Positions 16,633-17,120 of a stretch of 17,120 bases of DNA are shown piece by piece. The first letter of the stretch is position 1; each line of letters opens with the position of its first letter. The DNA comes from Thermoplasmatota archaeon. GTDB lineage: Archaea; Thermoplasmatota; E2; JACPAO01; JAHFTW01. The DNA is taken from assembly GCA_041601615.1 (NCBI GenBank), contig JBFIHX010000020.1, positions 1 to 17,120 of the forward strand. The letters run 5' to 3'. The position numbers and the translations under genes are program-made. Below the pieces are notes generated by a model that did not search any database, was not told the origin of the DNA, and saw only the letters and a list, made by a program, of their open reading frames with translations.

Positions 16633-16931
16633 CGACCTTGCAAAATCGCCGACAAACGCCAGCCAACGAGTCGGTAAAAGGCCGCCAATGCTGGGCCGGG
16701 ATTGACCACGGCCCAAGAAGTTCGTAAACCACTCCGGGGTGCTGCACGAAGCACCAATGTCGGGGTCGAACTGGTAGTTTCAGATGCTGCTGCTGGGCGC
16801 TTGTGTGGCCGTGGCGACCGATTCTGGGCTGTGCCCGGGGCGACTTGAGGCCAAAGGCGCTTAGAACGCAAGAAAACGCGCTTAACGCCTCAAACTCCGT
16901 CCACAACGATCGGGGCGACGAATGAGCCTTG

Positions 16932-17120
16932 TCAACGATCTGGAGCACCCCTGCCGCGCTTGGTACGGGCGCGGTGGCAGGTGCTGCCGACTTGGCCCCG
17001 GCTACTGAAATCAAGTATTTTGGCGGCTTCCTGGCTTGTCATGCGCGGACGGTCTAGGTCGTCACACAGATAGAAGCACAAGGCTTCAGAGATCGTCAAT
17101 GGGTGTGACGCATTTGGCAA
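16932..17120 (-). CDS. C-terminal fragment of a sigma-70 region-4-like HTH DNA-binding protein (5'-truncated by window edge)
   Basis: MTSQEAAKILDFSSRGQVGSTCHRARTKRG fits the S-x-x-E-x-A-x-x-L-x-x-S-x-x-x-V-x-x-x-x-x-RAR-x-K pattern of region-4-type HTHs. The frame is open to the window end. Confidence 0.65.
   Translation of the reverse strand: MPNASHPLTISEALCFYLCDDLDRPRMTSQEAAKILDFSSRGQVGSTCHRARTKRGRGAPDR

Noticed and set aside
16234-17014. Several 76-152 aa ORFs on both strands
   Set aside because: They overlap one another and the structured element, with no motifs or clear starts.

Overview
This is a GC-rich, probably archaeal accessory region; Thermoplasmatota-like is an inference from the integrase type, the tandem winged-helix regulator and GGTGA/GAGGTG ribosome-binding sites. 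The left edge holds the C-terminal part of a tyrosine recombinase on the + strand, converging on a small wHTH gene. Everything else convincing lies on the - strand. One three-gene cell-surface cluster encodes a 626-aa secreted protein with a reelin-subrepeat-like domain plus Ig domains, a 275-aa Cys-rich secreted protein, and a 1994-aa membrane-anchored adhesin-like protein (AT-rich beta-helix tip, PKD, 12 Ig-like repeats, TSP3 repeats). Upstream of it are a tandem-wHTH regulator, an orphan ORF, a membrane protein with TPRs, a secreted FN3 protein and a partial sigma-region-4-like HTH gene at the right edge. The most unusual signal is non-coding. Two copies of a ~105-nt element (15860-15964 and 16524-16632) share a conserved core and a four-arm inverted-repeat architecture, while their arm sequences differ but still pair, which looks like compensatory change. 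No tRNA, rRNA, CRISPR array or cas gene was seen.
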